From Catajapyx aquilonaris (taxonomy: Eukaryota), in contig JYFJ02003434.1 in NCBI GenBank assembly GCA_000934665.2, positions 1 to 41,840 of the forward strand: a stretch of DNA of 41,840 nucleotides. The letters run 5' to 3'. The position numbers and the translations under genes are program-made. The notes below the pieces were generated by a model, which was given only the letters and a program-made list of their open reading frames with translations, did no database searches and was not told the origin of the DNA. The first letter of the stretch is position 1, and the number at the start of each line of letters is the position of its first letter. Shown here in pieces: positions 13,099-26,443 of this stretch.

Positions 13099-13185
13099 CT
13101 AACCAATAATTTCATTCTTGCTTGCAGGTAAGCCTCCCGGTCTTCATTCTCTGGCCACGAATCATTCCAAATGCAACTAGTAAGT
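13099..13185 (+). other. Candidate recursive splice site (ratchet point) with 52-nt cryptic exon
   Basis: CTAAC branch motif at 13099-13103; no AG from 13093 to 13125; TTTCATTCTTGCTTGCAG acceptor ending 13127; GTAAGC donor immediately at 13128; second donor GTAAGT at 13180-13185. Confidence 0.6.
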
Positions 13186-15529
13186 ATACCGAATGTGTGG
13201 TTCGCACGCAACAACGTTTCAAGCGTCTAAAAAGTCCAGAATGTTTGTATTGGTATAGAAGCGTTCGTCACTGCAGTATTGTTCATTTGCACCGCTCTCT
13301 ACAGGTAGGAATTTTACTCTCCGAAAGCATATACTTTCGGCGCTGCTGTAGTTCACTTTCCTGCAACAAGAGTAGCTTGCCTGTTTGCGAATATTCCAGA
13401 TGACTGATGAAGGGACTAAACGTGAATGGGAAGTTTACCATTGGCTTAAATAATTACTCATTGCATGCATGGATGTGAAGAAAAAAAATCTCAGAATATC
13501 TATAATGTTCACGAAAATATGCAGTGCTTTTTGAAGCTGTGTTTAAAATTTAAAAATGAAAGTAAAACCATTATTATTCGAGCCGCTGCAGATGACAAAC
13601 CCGATTAATTTGACCTGTAAAAGAAAAGCAGTTTCCAGTGAAATGTTACGAATGAACGAGTGACATTTTGTCATTGGTTCAACCAAACGTGTTAAAAAAT
13701 TGAAAATATCCTTTATGTAGTCGTCAATAGTAGCCTATAATGGTTTCAGAAAAATAGCAAAAATGTCCAAATTTTCCGTGATCCATCGCAAAACCCCCCC
13801 GAAAATTATATTTTTGCCTCAATTTTTTTTTTCTTTCATGCCTTTGTAGCACAAACTGGAAAATAATAAATGCTAATTGACTAGCTGCGAACAACAATCC
13901 AGGGTGCAACAGATGGCCACTGTTCAGAGGTGACAAGTCTTTTTACTGCTCTATTTCCGCCATTATTACACGTGTGAGTTAGTTATGTTAATTAATATTC
14001 ATGGTGTAAACTTAAGCATGCAACTTGGAGCATGCTTTTATGAGGTCCGTTATTGTGTCGTTACTGCCACGACGCCCATTTGCGAGCTGAAAAGTGCGTC
14101 ATGTGTGCCACTTCTGTGGTTGGAGTGTGCCACACCCTGTGGTCAGGACGCCATCCTTCCAGGCCTCACCTTATGCTAAATGAGGAAGAGCAGGTGATCC
14201 GGGGCTGGGGTAGGAAATGAGGATGCGTCTGTGTTGGGAGATGTTTCCTTTCCGGGGTGAGGGGAAAGAGAGGCGTCATCTGGTGAAGTATGAAGTGTCC
14301 CCCCAGCATCCCCGTATACCTATAGCCTGTGCTGCACCAGACTGGGCAGGTCCGTCACATGGCGAACTTTGCGGAGGGACACTGATGTCGGCTGGGATGG
14401 TGGGGTGGAGGAGGGTGGGGAATGGGAATTTCATATTCTCGACGGGGAGGAAGACCTGTGGTCACTTTAGGACTTGTCAATGTCACATCCTGCATCCGCA
14501 TGATATTTACTTGAGCGGCAACTAATTAAAATGCCGACGCTCGTGTGATGGTTTTCATATAGATTTCAGAACTATTTAATCGCCTTGCTGCTTTGCTGCA
14601 TATTTGGTGTGTGGGTTTGTATGGTGTGTACAAGGTATATCAGTTACTGAATGGGCTAGATGCCTCAGACCAGAAGTCATCTCTGTGCATCGTGATGAAA
14701 GTCGCGCGCTGCCGTATTTTGAAGCGGGTGAGTGTCAGACGGCTTAAATTTGGCAAATAATCTGACAGTAATGCGGAGCTATCTCTGAGCTATTTAATAA
14801 ACGCGCAGGCATCGCACTTGTAAATTCCGTGTTAGAGGGGTTGTAATACGGCGCCAACTTTAGGCTTGAATGAGGTGTTTTTGCCTAAACAATGAGGCAT
14901 CCATCAAAAGCAGCTTGGCATAATTTTTATTACTAAAGTTTCAGAAAATTAATTATGAGCTTGTTGGGCATAAAGAGAGGGGGCTAGAAAGTTGGGCATA
15001 AAAATTACCTATCTCATCACTGATGATGAAAATAATGACTTTCCTCAAGTACCACTCCTGTACTTCTATATTACGTATAATTCGCATTCAGTGGGTGTTT
15101 CGCTGTTTAAAGCGTGTACCAATAAACTGTCACAGTCTGTCATCCGCCACTTTTGATAGGTAATAGTATAGTCTAATAATACAGAAGGAAATTTTGATTT
15201 CTGTTAGTCCGATGCATCGCTTCTCCCTTTTTAGTCGTATGCTGGTGTCTGCGTGGCCTAAATGCGGGATGGTAGTTGGGAGATGACCGGCATAAGGTCA
15301 CGTCGGGGCCTGGAGTTTTGTCATCCGGAGCGTCCGGTGGGTCGCGGAAGGGAAGATGGATCGGGTAGCCGGTGCGGTGAAATTGTGGCCATCCGTATCC
15401 CCTTATTTCCCGCAGATTCGCTTTATTTCTTCCCCGCCAGGACCCCGCCTCTGATGAAGTGCCGTAATCAAAGAGGGTGCAAGTCCGGCTCCGCTCTGTT
15501 TGGCCGGTCTGGAGGGAAAGGAAGGGAAA

Positions 15530-15549
15530 GGGGGGGGGGGGGGGGGGGG
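15530..15549 (+). repeat. Poly-G homopolymer (G20) followed by an N
   Basis: Read directly; the N at 15550 makes the length uncertain. Confidence 0.9.
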
Positions 15550-17174
15550 NAGGAGGCGGGAATTGGGTCCGGATAAGGAAGGAAGATGAGTCGTTGGTGT
15601 GTGCCGATGAAAACACACGCTTTCATTTCAGGCACCGGTATGGCCTCCCTAATGCCAGGGCATCGGGTGGCTCCCCGGGGGAAGATGCGCTCAAAATGGC
15701 GGTGGTGGATCTTTTTCCAAGGCGGGCACATATTGGGCTCGTCTGGTCCGCGTTTGGCTCCAAGAAAATAAACTTTGACTGCCGTCGTCTCCTTCGCGGT
15801 CAACATAAATGGGCTCGGAAAAACACCGCCGCGGCATTGACTTTGAAATTTATTGCATGAAAATGGGCTGGACTGAATGGAGCCTAGGACACCGGGTGGT
15901 CCACGCTAAACTCGCCTTACCGAAATGATGCAGAGTTTGTGTCACTGGATGTTATACAGGGCACTGATGAAGGTGCGCTTCTGCTTGATCAATTTCTATA
16001 GCGAAATTGCTCTAAATCAGTGTTTCCCCCAGTTGTGACAGTAAAAACGACACTTACGGCCAGTAGTGTCAACAAAGGTAAATGTCCATTTATGAATAAA
16101 CGTATTTACAGCACGTAATGAGAAATTTTCTCCTTAACTTTAGTTGATGCATCAGTCCCTTAGGCACAAACTATAGATTTGCGATGCTTCTTGCCGAACG
16201 GCCCATTTGAGAGTCAATGCGACTCGAGCAGCTCGTGCATTGCAGTTTCGGCAATTTATGCCATTTTGACTGGAGGGCGTGGTTTGTCAGCAGGGAATAG
16301 GGCCCGCACTTTCAGCAAGTTTAGGACCAGTTCATGGATGTAGAATTTCTCGCGGAAATTTTGAAATAGAATTAAACAGCAGAAAACTACTTCCCTTTGT
16401 TTATTACAAGTTGTGAATATGAAAAAATTAGGCTTGTGTGTAGAACAGGTCCACCTGATGTGTAAGGGTGGTAACTTTATAGGTTCGCCGCCGGTATGCA
16501 CCAGCTCATGTTCTGCAGATGCCCTGCACGCCAGCCACTTGGATACTTTGTACACGGTTAATGACACAGACCTGCGTGTGTGCGAGAAACCGCCGATGGT
16601 GTTCCGTGCTGCCATCTGCACTAGCCAATACAGCTTTTCTCTATATAGAGGCGATTATATGTACAGTCTGCGATCGGTTGGCGCCAGTGGGTTCGCTATA
16701 AATTTTAGTAAACGATCCCTGAGGCTTCACGTTTAGTAATAATGAAAGTTTCGCAGGAATCAGCAGATCATTCATTATCAATTACGTAGTTCCCTCCTCT
16801 CGAGCAAGTTTCGGTCCCTGGAAACAAGCCACCCGTAAGGGACGTCCCTTTTATTGTATCGTGAAGGGGAGGTTTCAGTTAGTACGTCACGTCCAGTATC
16901 CCCTTAAGGAGATGGAGCCAGAGCTATACCAACGGTCTCATTAATTGTTCAGCCTGTTCCAGGCCGTAAAGCTAAATTTACGGAATCTATTTTCTCGGTT
17001 TATGTATTTTCTTTCTTTTTTTGTGTTCTTAGCCATTCCCACAGCCCTTCGTATTTTTCTTCTCTCCATTTATTTTTAATTTAGCGTCTCGTCCGTTGAA
17101 AGAGGGAGCTGCTTTATTTGACCCTAATCGAAACTTTATTGCGGATCGCGGAGTTACCAGGGTAACAGGGGAAC

Positions 17175-17252
17175 TTCCTCTCTTTTTTTCTGCTCCTTTC
17201 TTTCCCTCCTCCTCTCCCCCCTTTTCCCCTCCTTCCCTCTCTCTCCCCCCCC
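17175..17252 (+). repeat. Polypyrimidine low-complexity tract
   Basis: About 78 nt of C/T interrupted by a single G. Confidence 0.85.
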
Positions 17253-20200
17253 AACCCCACCCCTGGCTTCATTGAGACGAAATTCATGGCTCCGGCTGGA
17301 AATGGACACTCTCGGCTCCTTCCAAGGGACGTTTATGTCCTGAAGTTGGCTGCAGAAGAGAGAGAGTTGATCTTGCAGGTCTTTGCGGTGGCAAAGTGGA
17401 TTTTTTGAGGGACTCGGAGGATCGACTTTTGACTTATTAGGTGCGGGGCCTTCCCCGCCCCTGCTCCTGCAACGAAAATCCTATGAGAGGTTGCTCGGGG
17501 GGGAAAAAAGCAGAGGAAGAAAGCAGGGGCACACAGACACACATAGAAACCGGTGCGCCTTGAGCCTCTTCCGTCCCGTTTTTCGGCATCTCCTTGCATC
17601 TGGAACATGCGCCGAGATGGTAGGCAGTAAATAATAGATCAAGGAATGCTAACTCCATTCCGGCTTTGAACAAGCCGGTCCATTTTAACAGCACCCAAGA
17701 CGCGTTATTTTTCTTTCCCCGTATCCCGGAGTCGATGGCACGAATTCCTGGCGAGAGCTGCAGGCAAAAAAGGCGAGGGAGAAAGGGAGAGAAAGAGAAA
17801 GAGGGAAAGAGAGGCACGACCCCATTCGAGGGGAAACAAGAGTATATATTGGTGTAGTGTGACTTTGAGACTATTAAGTGCACACGATCAATATTGTCTG
17901 GTGGAGTTTAACTGAAACTGGATTCTTTTTCTGGAGGGGGGAACCGACTCTTATGGCTGTGCAGGATTTCTCAGCAGAGTTTGTCCTTATTCACCTTCCC
18001 ACGACCTTGCGCTGATTTTGTCGCAAGGTTTATAAAAACCGAGTACAGTAATGTTGGTCAGATGAAGACGAGATATGAAAGCATGCTGTCAACTGTGTCA
18101 AGGAATCTTTAGACAGGCTTATTAGCTCGCCAGATGTTTTTTTCTTCTTCTGGGACGCAAACCGAGGTGAACTTTTTATAGAACCCGTAATAAAAGGTGT
18201 ACCAGGCGTTCCCATGCGAACATGTATGACTCCTACGCATATTATTCGAAAATAGAATAATGCGGAACCGCAAACTCCGTCTGTGTAATGAGAGAGCGAC
18301 GATTTTTTTTTTTTTTTGGTTGAGCGTCTTGTTTGATATGATCAAGAATGTTATATCCGCAAACTTCAGGTGCTGCTGTGTAATTATACGAAGGCCTACA
18401 TTTAAGAGCATGCCGACCAGAGAGGTAGAAAATCACTAACCTTTTCGGACGAAATCTAAAGCCAAACTTTGTTCTCGTCGTGGAGAAATTGCTTGCAAGC
18501 CGGTTTCGTGGAGACCACACTATTACAACCAATTTCTCAGACACTCTTCCCCTCCTGCCCCAATGTTGCTTTCTCTCTCTGCCGAACAACTTGGGGGTCC
18601 CCTTTGCCTCAAATCGCATTTCACTTCATAGAATTCATCGCGAAGGAAGGAAAGAAGCGAAGTCTGGGGTTTGTGATGTGCGGGGGAGGTGTTTTAAGAT
18701 TGCCATGCGGGAGATAAAAGTCATCCGACATCTTTCAATATTTTTTTGGCAATTTTGTTCCCTGCCTGTCTCACTCTTACTTGAACTTGTCATTCCACCG
18801 GCGATATTCCGAGGTTATATTTCCTATCTGTGGAAAGAGCTTCCATGTCATCTGCTTTTTTGAATGATGTAACTGCTCTATCTGCTGTTATTCGGCTAGT
18901 AACTTCTGGTTGTTAGTGGTTTGCCAAGTTACTGGCAGTAACAACTGCGCATTGGTTGGTGTCACGGTTTAAACCCATAACTGTGAATTATTACGTGGCA
19001 TCATCTCTTGCTTCATGGCTGACTACCTGCGGTTCAAAGAGAAACGTCGCGATGATGTTTTTGTCACGGGGAGTATTTTTTTGGGAACCCCACTTTGATG
19101 TGAATTGTACCACGCCGCTGCTTTGTTTAATCAACGTTTTATTAAGCTTCAGACACATTCGGCCCCGGGCGTGAAAAAGCGACACTTTCGGGCATCGCAT
19201 GCGACGTGAGCCAGTGGGCAGAAAACCCCCCGGAAATTCGAGCCGTGCATCACATGTGCCACACCTGAATGTAAATGAAATTAATCAGGAAGTGGGTAGC
19301 AATTTAATTGGCTGATTGAATGACCGGGAATCATACCAGTCGAGAGGTCAGACTACAATAATTTTGTTTCCCCATTTTCCACTGCAATAATTTAATTCAC
19401 TGTGACATCTCGTGTCAGGCTAACCGATTCGGTGAAATTACTGTATGTACTGTTTCCAGGAGACTAGACCTGGATTTTATTTGTCGCGGGAGGGAGGGCA
19501 TCCCCTCCGCACACTCCCCTCCAGCGAGTGAAATGCATGTAGCAGTTCCCAGGTTGAAATTCAGTGGAATTCACCCTCCCATGGACAGCCATTTTCCCCC
19601 CTAGGTCCTTTCTTGAAATTCTATCCCATTTTTTTTTCTCTCGTTGTTGTTAACGGACGAGTGCTTCTGGCACGGAACGAGTGCAAAAAAAAGGTGGAAA
19701 AAAAAGTAGTGACAAATCCAGCGATTCGCAAACTAGTTTTGCCAGTGCCATCCCTTATCATTATGGAAGGGGTCGACCGCAGTTTTCCGCGTCGCTTTTT
19801 AGCGTCCATCAGCCGGTTATCTGTGTACAAGCGGAACGTGCCGTAAAACAAGGGGAAGGGGTAGAAGACAACGCCTGTGTTTCGATAACGGCCGTGGGAT
19901 GAGCGTTTCGTCACGGAAGTGTTGCGATTTGGCCCTCATAACCGAGGGATTATTTCCGTTCAAATTCGGCCGGAGCCTTTATACCTAAATCCCATCCTGG
20001 AAGCCATGGGTGTACTATACGCGACTACATGTTAGGGCCAGTCCGCAGGAAGCATCGGCGCTTAGTTATTTGTTGCAGCTTGTACTCGTGCAAGGCAACG
20101 TTTGATTTGCAAGCCTCATAGTCAGGGGGCGCCACCATCCGGCAACAACCAGACTGAATTCCGATTGTCCCAAACTTTTGTCAGGTGCATTTTTTGGAGC

Positions 20201-22359
20201 GAATGGTTGCGTCCCATGCTAGAGCTGCATTGTTGACGTGGTGGCCATGCTTTTAGACCCATCTTTTGGAGTGACGGCCAACTTGAAAAACTTGGCTTCC
20301 CGGTTCTCTCTCTTTTTTTTACACCCTCTCTCTCCCATGGTTTTGTGCATGATTACCAGAGCGTGCACCCAACTTTTCAACACACGTATGGTCATTTTCA
20401 CCCGTGTTCGTTCATGGCCCGTACCGGGGAGCGGGTGGGGTTGTTTTCGGGGGCGGGGTTTCTGCATCGGACCGGCACAGAGCGGTGGGTGGGATGGGGG
20501 AAGGGGAGGTTGGGATTGCTACAGTGTAGGCTGTCAATAATTGCAATATGTACAGGGTAGTCATTATTTGCCACCGACTAAAGCCGATAGACTCGAAATG
20601 GGGGACCCTCTAATCTAATATTCGACAGTTGGGTGTAATTAGTTTTGCATTAATATGTCCAATTGATAATTTGTAGCAGGGCTGGTGTATTTTAACGGGC
20701 ACTCATGATACGAGTTAATAGAACTGCGTTGGAAGGAGGGGTGGGGGCTTGGAAAATGGGGATGGGGGGTTGTAGGGGAAGTGGTTGTTTCCAATGTGGG
20801 TTTAGGCGAATGGCTGTGTGATTCCGTAATTGATGTGGTGTTCCTGATCTGAACAGTGGTTGATGTAGTTACACACTCTTCTGAATTCGTTTCACGCTGT
20901 ATCGGTTTATGCACTGCAGGGGGAAGAAGGATGTTTCGAATTTGCGATTCGCATGTTATGAATAACAGTAGACAAGCGGAGAGAAATATTGCCTTATCGC
21001 AGTAAATGGGGATGAAATCCCGACCCAATCCGATTACGGGATTTTGCCGACAAATTGCTATCCGTATTAATCTCCCCCAAGTACTTCTCTTTGTAGCTTT
21101 TTTCCCCTCCCCCTACAATACAAAACTGTGCACAATTGTTCGCATCCATACGATTGGCCCAAAGTGGGCCCCCTCCCAAAAAGAGAGCCCCCGGCCCCAT
21201 CTTAATTTTCTTCTGGCCCGCACCCAATCGTCTGACAATCCCGAGGGGTAAATTCTGCTTGATTACAAGTTGGTTAACTTGGGAGAGGGAGGGGTGGGCT
21301 TTCCCTCCCGCCTCCCCAATTTTCCGTCCCTCAGTCTCAGACCATTGAAATGTGAGCGTAAAGAACTTAATAAATTTCTCTCGAGTAATGGATCCAGTAA
21401 CAATCCCTTCCCCTCCCCCCTCTTCTGTTCCTCTACCACCACTCGACTCAACCTCCTCGCTCGGTTTCCAAATTGAATTGCATACGTGTGCACGGCAGCG
21501 TGACATTGGAGATGGAGATCACTTGGCTATGCTGTTGCCTCTGCGCGAATGATTGCCTGTGGTAGCCGACCTTAGTGCTCCCAAATGCTAAGAGAAACTC
21601 CAGAGGGCTGGCTGGGTGGGGGAGCTGCCAAGGATATTAATTGCCGCAGCAAATAAATTTTATTATTTGGAAAATAATGTTGCCGTCAGGGAGGAGAAAA
21701 ATTGCGGGGTTTGCTGGTGTCAGGCGCGTGTTTGCATTAAACGGTGGGAAACACCCGAGTGCTTTTTAAGGTAATTCGCCGTACATTAAGAGTGGAGAGA
21801 CCTGCTCAAACTCCCGAACAGTTATTGTAATGGCAGGAAATCGATAAGATAATATGAGTAAGCGTTCATCGACGAAAATTGCTCGGAGACGGTTTGGCAC
21901 CAAATATACAGGTCGCTGCATTGCCCAGGTCTGGCTCGGGTCAAATGGTTTGATCGTTTACCCAAGCAACCAGCGCAAAGAGAATCAGCATTAAACTGAT
22001 TGATGGGAGTAAACAATCCATGCCCGGAGCCCCCCTATACCCCCCTTTGAACTGGGGGACATGGGCAGTGCACCACCCTGTATAAATATTTCGGTGCAAA
22101 GTTGTAGGTTAGCGGCGTGGAACACACGGTGCGAGGTTATGATTCGGCAGTGGCTCCATCCCACCCACCGCCACACCCTCTGCTGCCCCCGACCACCGCC
22201 CCGGTTCCCCCCAAAACTCTAATTCAATCTTTATGCGCGGGCCGACATGTTAAATGAATCAAAAGCACAACGAGAGTAATTAGTTGCCAGATCACATTAC
22301 AGCTTAGTTGGTCCAGGCACGTAAATGGAACGTTGCAGGCGTGTGGGAGGGAGGTAGAA

Positions 22360-22391
22360 GGGGGGGGGGGNGGGGGGGGGGGGGGGGGGGG
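22360..22391 (+). repeat. Poly-G homopolymer (about 31 G) with internal N
   Basis: Read directly; N at 22371. Confidence 0.9.
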
Positions 22392-25300
22392 TTGATCTCT
22401 GTGTGCCCCCCCTCTTTTGCCGAGGTCGAGGCTTCATCCGGGAACTATTACTATACTAGTAGCGCCCGGAGCCTCGTGGCTTATCCGGGCAGAGGTCAGG
22501 AAGTCCAGGCCAGATAATCTCAGCTTGTCCTGCCTGCTTTTTACGCCTTGGTACTTTGCAAAGACGCCTACGTAATTATACTGCCAAACAGTCGCTTGCT
22601 ATTACAGTGTTTTGTACCGCTAGTGCAAAAAAGTTTCTTGAACTGCTGTTGAGCACGCCAGTTTGAGCGTCATTATCAATGAAACAATCCGTAAAATATG
22701 AATATGCTGCGTTATGTACTCTCAATTACACAAATGGCATATTTACTGCCACTGATTGTATTGTTTGTCATGTACGCGTTTATTTGTACAGAAGTATCAA
22801 CTTTGCCTCGATTTGTTTTAATAATTTTGATGTTGTCCAAAAATAATGGCGATGGCACGCAGAGGGGCTTCCCGCCTGCATTATGGGGAAATATTTATTC
22901 TGCGGCAGTTAATAATCTGAATGCGATTTATTTTTCTACCATGCAGCTGTGACGGAGACTTGTTCACTTCCTCTACTGTAAACAATATGGTGCGAGACTC
23001 TTGGCGGTCGATATAATGGCGGCGTGTGTTGGAGAGTGACCTAATCCGTGTTCTAGTGTGAACTTGTTAGAGCAGTTAATGTAATCAGACCCTTCTGAGG
23101 TAAGAAGCCCAATTCAAGCAAGTGCGTGAATTATTAGCCATAGTGTAGCAACGCCTTAGAGCGTGTCGCAAGAACACTTATCATTGCGTACATTTTTCAG
23201 TAGGGCCAGGAAGTAAGAGATTGTAATCACCCCACTATTAATACGTTTGTTTCGCCCAGTCTGGTTCAATTATTAATGTGTCTGGTGCAGCAATATCAGG
23301 ATTTTCGGGGGTGGGGAGGACGGGTGGGTGGAATTTTAAAAAAAAGGGGAGTGTGGGGGGTTCTACGAGTGTGCGGTGTACCGCTGTACGTGCAATCATT
23401 TTACGCTAAGCCACGGAAAGGAAATGAAACAAACCGCAATGGGAGCCAGGTTCTAATAAGACCACGAGCTAAGGAAAGTTATGAGTGTAATGTAGATAGA
23501 GAGAGAGTGAGGCTTTTTGGGTGGTTCCATGGATAGGGCCACATGGGACGAAGGGTCTCTTTATTCCCCCTCCTTCTCTTCCTTACCTTCCATTTCTTCA
23601 TCCTTTTTGGAGGCTTCCGAGCCCGTCTTGAGTGTAAGAGAATGCGCCTTGCTCTCCGAGGCAATTTTTGGTACGACCGGGCGTCGCCGTCACTCTCAGG
23701 CAAAGCTCTTGCCTCCTTTGACATCCAAGTGCCCATTCCTTTCTATGCACGCATGCATTTTCATTATCCTGCCCTACCTTAGGAGAAGCTCCTGATGGAG
23801 GGGGAAGGGCGTGACGTTGCCACCCTTCAGGTAGTTGATGTGGTGTGTTGCCAGGCAAGGGTGACACACAAATGGAGATGTAGATGGAATTATAAGGAGA
23901 GGAAGAGAAAAATGGAGTGGGTTTAGGGCGTCGCTTGCTTGAAGGAGGACAGGGTCGGACCTGCGGGGAATTTGTTGACGAGAAGTTAGCACTGGCCGTG
24001 TAGCATTTACTTACCCTTTAATATACTTGCAGGTTACCTAGAGCGTGTGAAACGAGCGAACTTATGATGCGGAAGTCACTTGGTAATCTTCCGGCACCAG
24101 GGAGGGATTGCAAGGAATTTTGGAATATCAACTAATTCTCAGTAATTTTGTGCGTAGGAAGCGAAAACGAGGGGGTTGTGCGTCGCCGAGACTTCATTAG
24201 CCATAAATTCTCATTTTCTTCCGCTAGAGAAACGCGTCGAGTATAGTAATTTCGGGGATGTTGCACTTCTTGGGGTGTGTGCGGGGTTGGTAGACGATGC
24301 CCTTCGGGGAGAGTGTTTGAAAGACGGCGAGGGGAGGTTATGGGGGTCTTCGAAGACACGGTGTCTCTTTGGTTATGGATTCCGCTGGGAGAAGGGGGAA
24401 AGACGAGGACCAGAGTAGATGTCGCCTTGAGGAAATATGCTCCCCACGTGGCAATAAACACCGCGAAGGGCAAAAGCGATTAAAAGGGAAATGGCTGCAT
24501 TCGCCCATTTCGTATAACAATGCGTAGTTTTTACAGCAGGTTTGATGTTGCTGTGGGACTGGAAGCATCAAGAGTGATTCTCATATTGCACTTATAAATT
24601 AATTTGCTTGTAATTAAGTAAGATACATTATGACGATCTTGTGTAGATGATATGATTTGTGAAGGCGAGTAATGGAAATTATTTTCGTGTGAATGAGAAA
24701 ACATGAATGACTCTTCGCCATCCTGGCCCAGTCTTCGGCAATGTCATGTCAAGGTTGTGAATTATTTACTGCGACTAAAAGGATCGCTTGCCAAACGAGA
24801 CAGCAGTAAGACTGAAGAATCCGTCCCTATTTCTGACTTTGATTCAACCCATGTGCGCCGGAAAACTAGCCGCCGTGTACTGTACAGTATGTGTCATGTT
24901 ATCTGTGAAGTTTCAGCATGAAATATTTCACTGGTGCAGTTCCTTGATCTCTTGCGTGGATATTGAATTTGAGCATATTGAAGCGCACAATGCATGTGAA
25001 AGTAGGAAATGGCGCAAATCAAATGGACGTACAGCACTCTGCGAATGGTTCCTGTAGCAACGGTTGACAAGGGACATTAGTTCCTGGTGGACGAATATAT
25101 GGGAAGGACGAACGTCCATCACGAGTCACAGGAAAAAAAGTAGTGATCCTCAAAGGCTTGCAACTCGACGACTGCAATTTTCACCGGGGGCCGCCCTCGG
25201 CATAACTTGGTGCTTCCCTTGGTACTGCTTTCCCTGTTTCCTTCCCCCCCTGATATATCTATTTTTTCTATCGCCGTTGGTACGACGTGCCGGAGGAGAA

Positions 25301-26385
25301 GAGGGAATGTTTGCCGTTTGATCTCCGGAGCGCAAGAATTGGCGCCCGTGATTTGAAAAGCCAAGAAAGTTTTCTGAGAAGCATGAGGCTCATCCTTTAC
25401 TGGAAAAAAAGAAGTGCAGCAGCAGGCGGGAAAGGAGAGGGAAGGGCGTCGTAGTGGAAAAATGGAAGGAAGAGAAGAGGCCGCTGTCCTCCTGTGGAGG
25501 AGCACTCGTGGAAGTAGATGGACGTAGTCTGCCCTGCCCCTCTTGGCCATTCAGCGTGTTGCCGTGATAAATGACCCTCGTTGCCTTTTCCAAACAGGAG
25601 TATCCGGGGAGGGCGGGATGTAATGAGGGCGGGGGTAGGGGGCGCCCTCGATTTGTTCATCCCAAAGAACATGGCTTTTAAGCCCCTCCGGAGTTGCTGG
25701 TCAGCAGGGGATAGAAAAGGCAGCGGCGCCGAACTTTTCGCTCATTTTGGAGGGGCCCCTACGTCCGTCCGTCCGGAGAAAAAGGAGCCGGTAATGGTTG
25801 TGTGTTTGATGACCCCTTGGCCCTTTTCTGGGCCCCGGCGGAGGCCGACGTTTCACTTGCCGCTGATGGGAATAGGTGGCGTCATGCAAATGGCAGGCCG
25901 TTTTTCAAGTTCGGATCCCGGAAAAGGGCAATCGGCCTGGAGGGTGGCGCGTGCCGTACCGGAATTTTTCACACCTCGCGTAGCGTCGGCCGCCATTCAT
26001 CTTCTGGAGTAATAAGTTATCATTCCGTGATAGATGAGGGCCGAATGACGCCGTACCTTGCAGGCTGGGTGGTGGCCTGGTGGGCCAGAATGTACCAGAG
26101 GACTTGTCCGGAGTAAAACATTATTAGCCCTATACGTACAAACGGTTCTTAACCAAAGCTAATGACAGCTGATCAAGCCATAGTTTTCTGACACCAGGAG
26201 AGGCTGCCCCTAACCTTTTGGATGTTTTATTTAATGAGAAGTGGCTGGGGTTGGCTCCCGTGGCAGCAGAAATCGATTAGCCAGAGCTAATAAACAGGTT
26301 TGCTTAAATGCAACATTGTATGTGTAGAGGTAAGCCGCCGCGATTGCGATCGCTGGTGCCTGTCAGAATGTGAAGGATAGTAGAC

Positions 26386-26443
26386 GGCGTCGATCGACTC
26401 GCTTTCCCAAAGCCGCGGGAAAGATCGAGTCGATTCGGCAGCC
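26386..26443 (+). other. Stable 58-nt imperfect hairpin (pre-miRNA-sized; function unknown)
   Basis: GGC-GTCG-ATCGACTCG-CTTTCCC pairs with GGGAAAG(AT)CGAGTCGAT(T)CGGC(A)GCC. This gives 23 bp including one G-U, three small 3'-arm bulges and an 8-nt loop AAAGCCGC. Confidence 0.55.

Noticed and set aside
13296..13307. TCTCTACAGGTA, matching part of the miR-993 3' arm
   Set aside because: The seed region does not match and no 5' arm is present. My by-eye search also found no miR-10, iab-4/iab-8, let-7 or other conserved miRNA.
1800..18003. Six Su(H)/CSL-type YGTGRGAA sites
   Set aside because: About five are expected by chance in the window, and they are dispersed rather than paired.
24004..24088. 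Plus-strand acceptor TTTAATATACTTGCAG|GTTACC with GTAATC 50 nt later
   Set aside because: Both donors are poor matches to consensus.
24366..24376. TCTTTGGTTAT, identical to the first 11 nt of miR-9
   Set aside because: The match stops at 11 nt and there is no complementary star arm.
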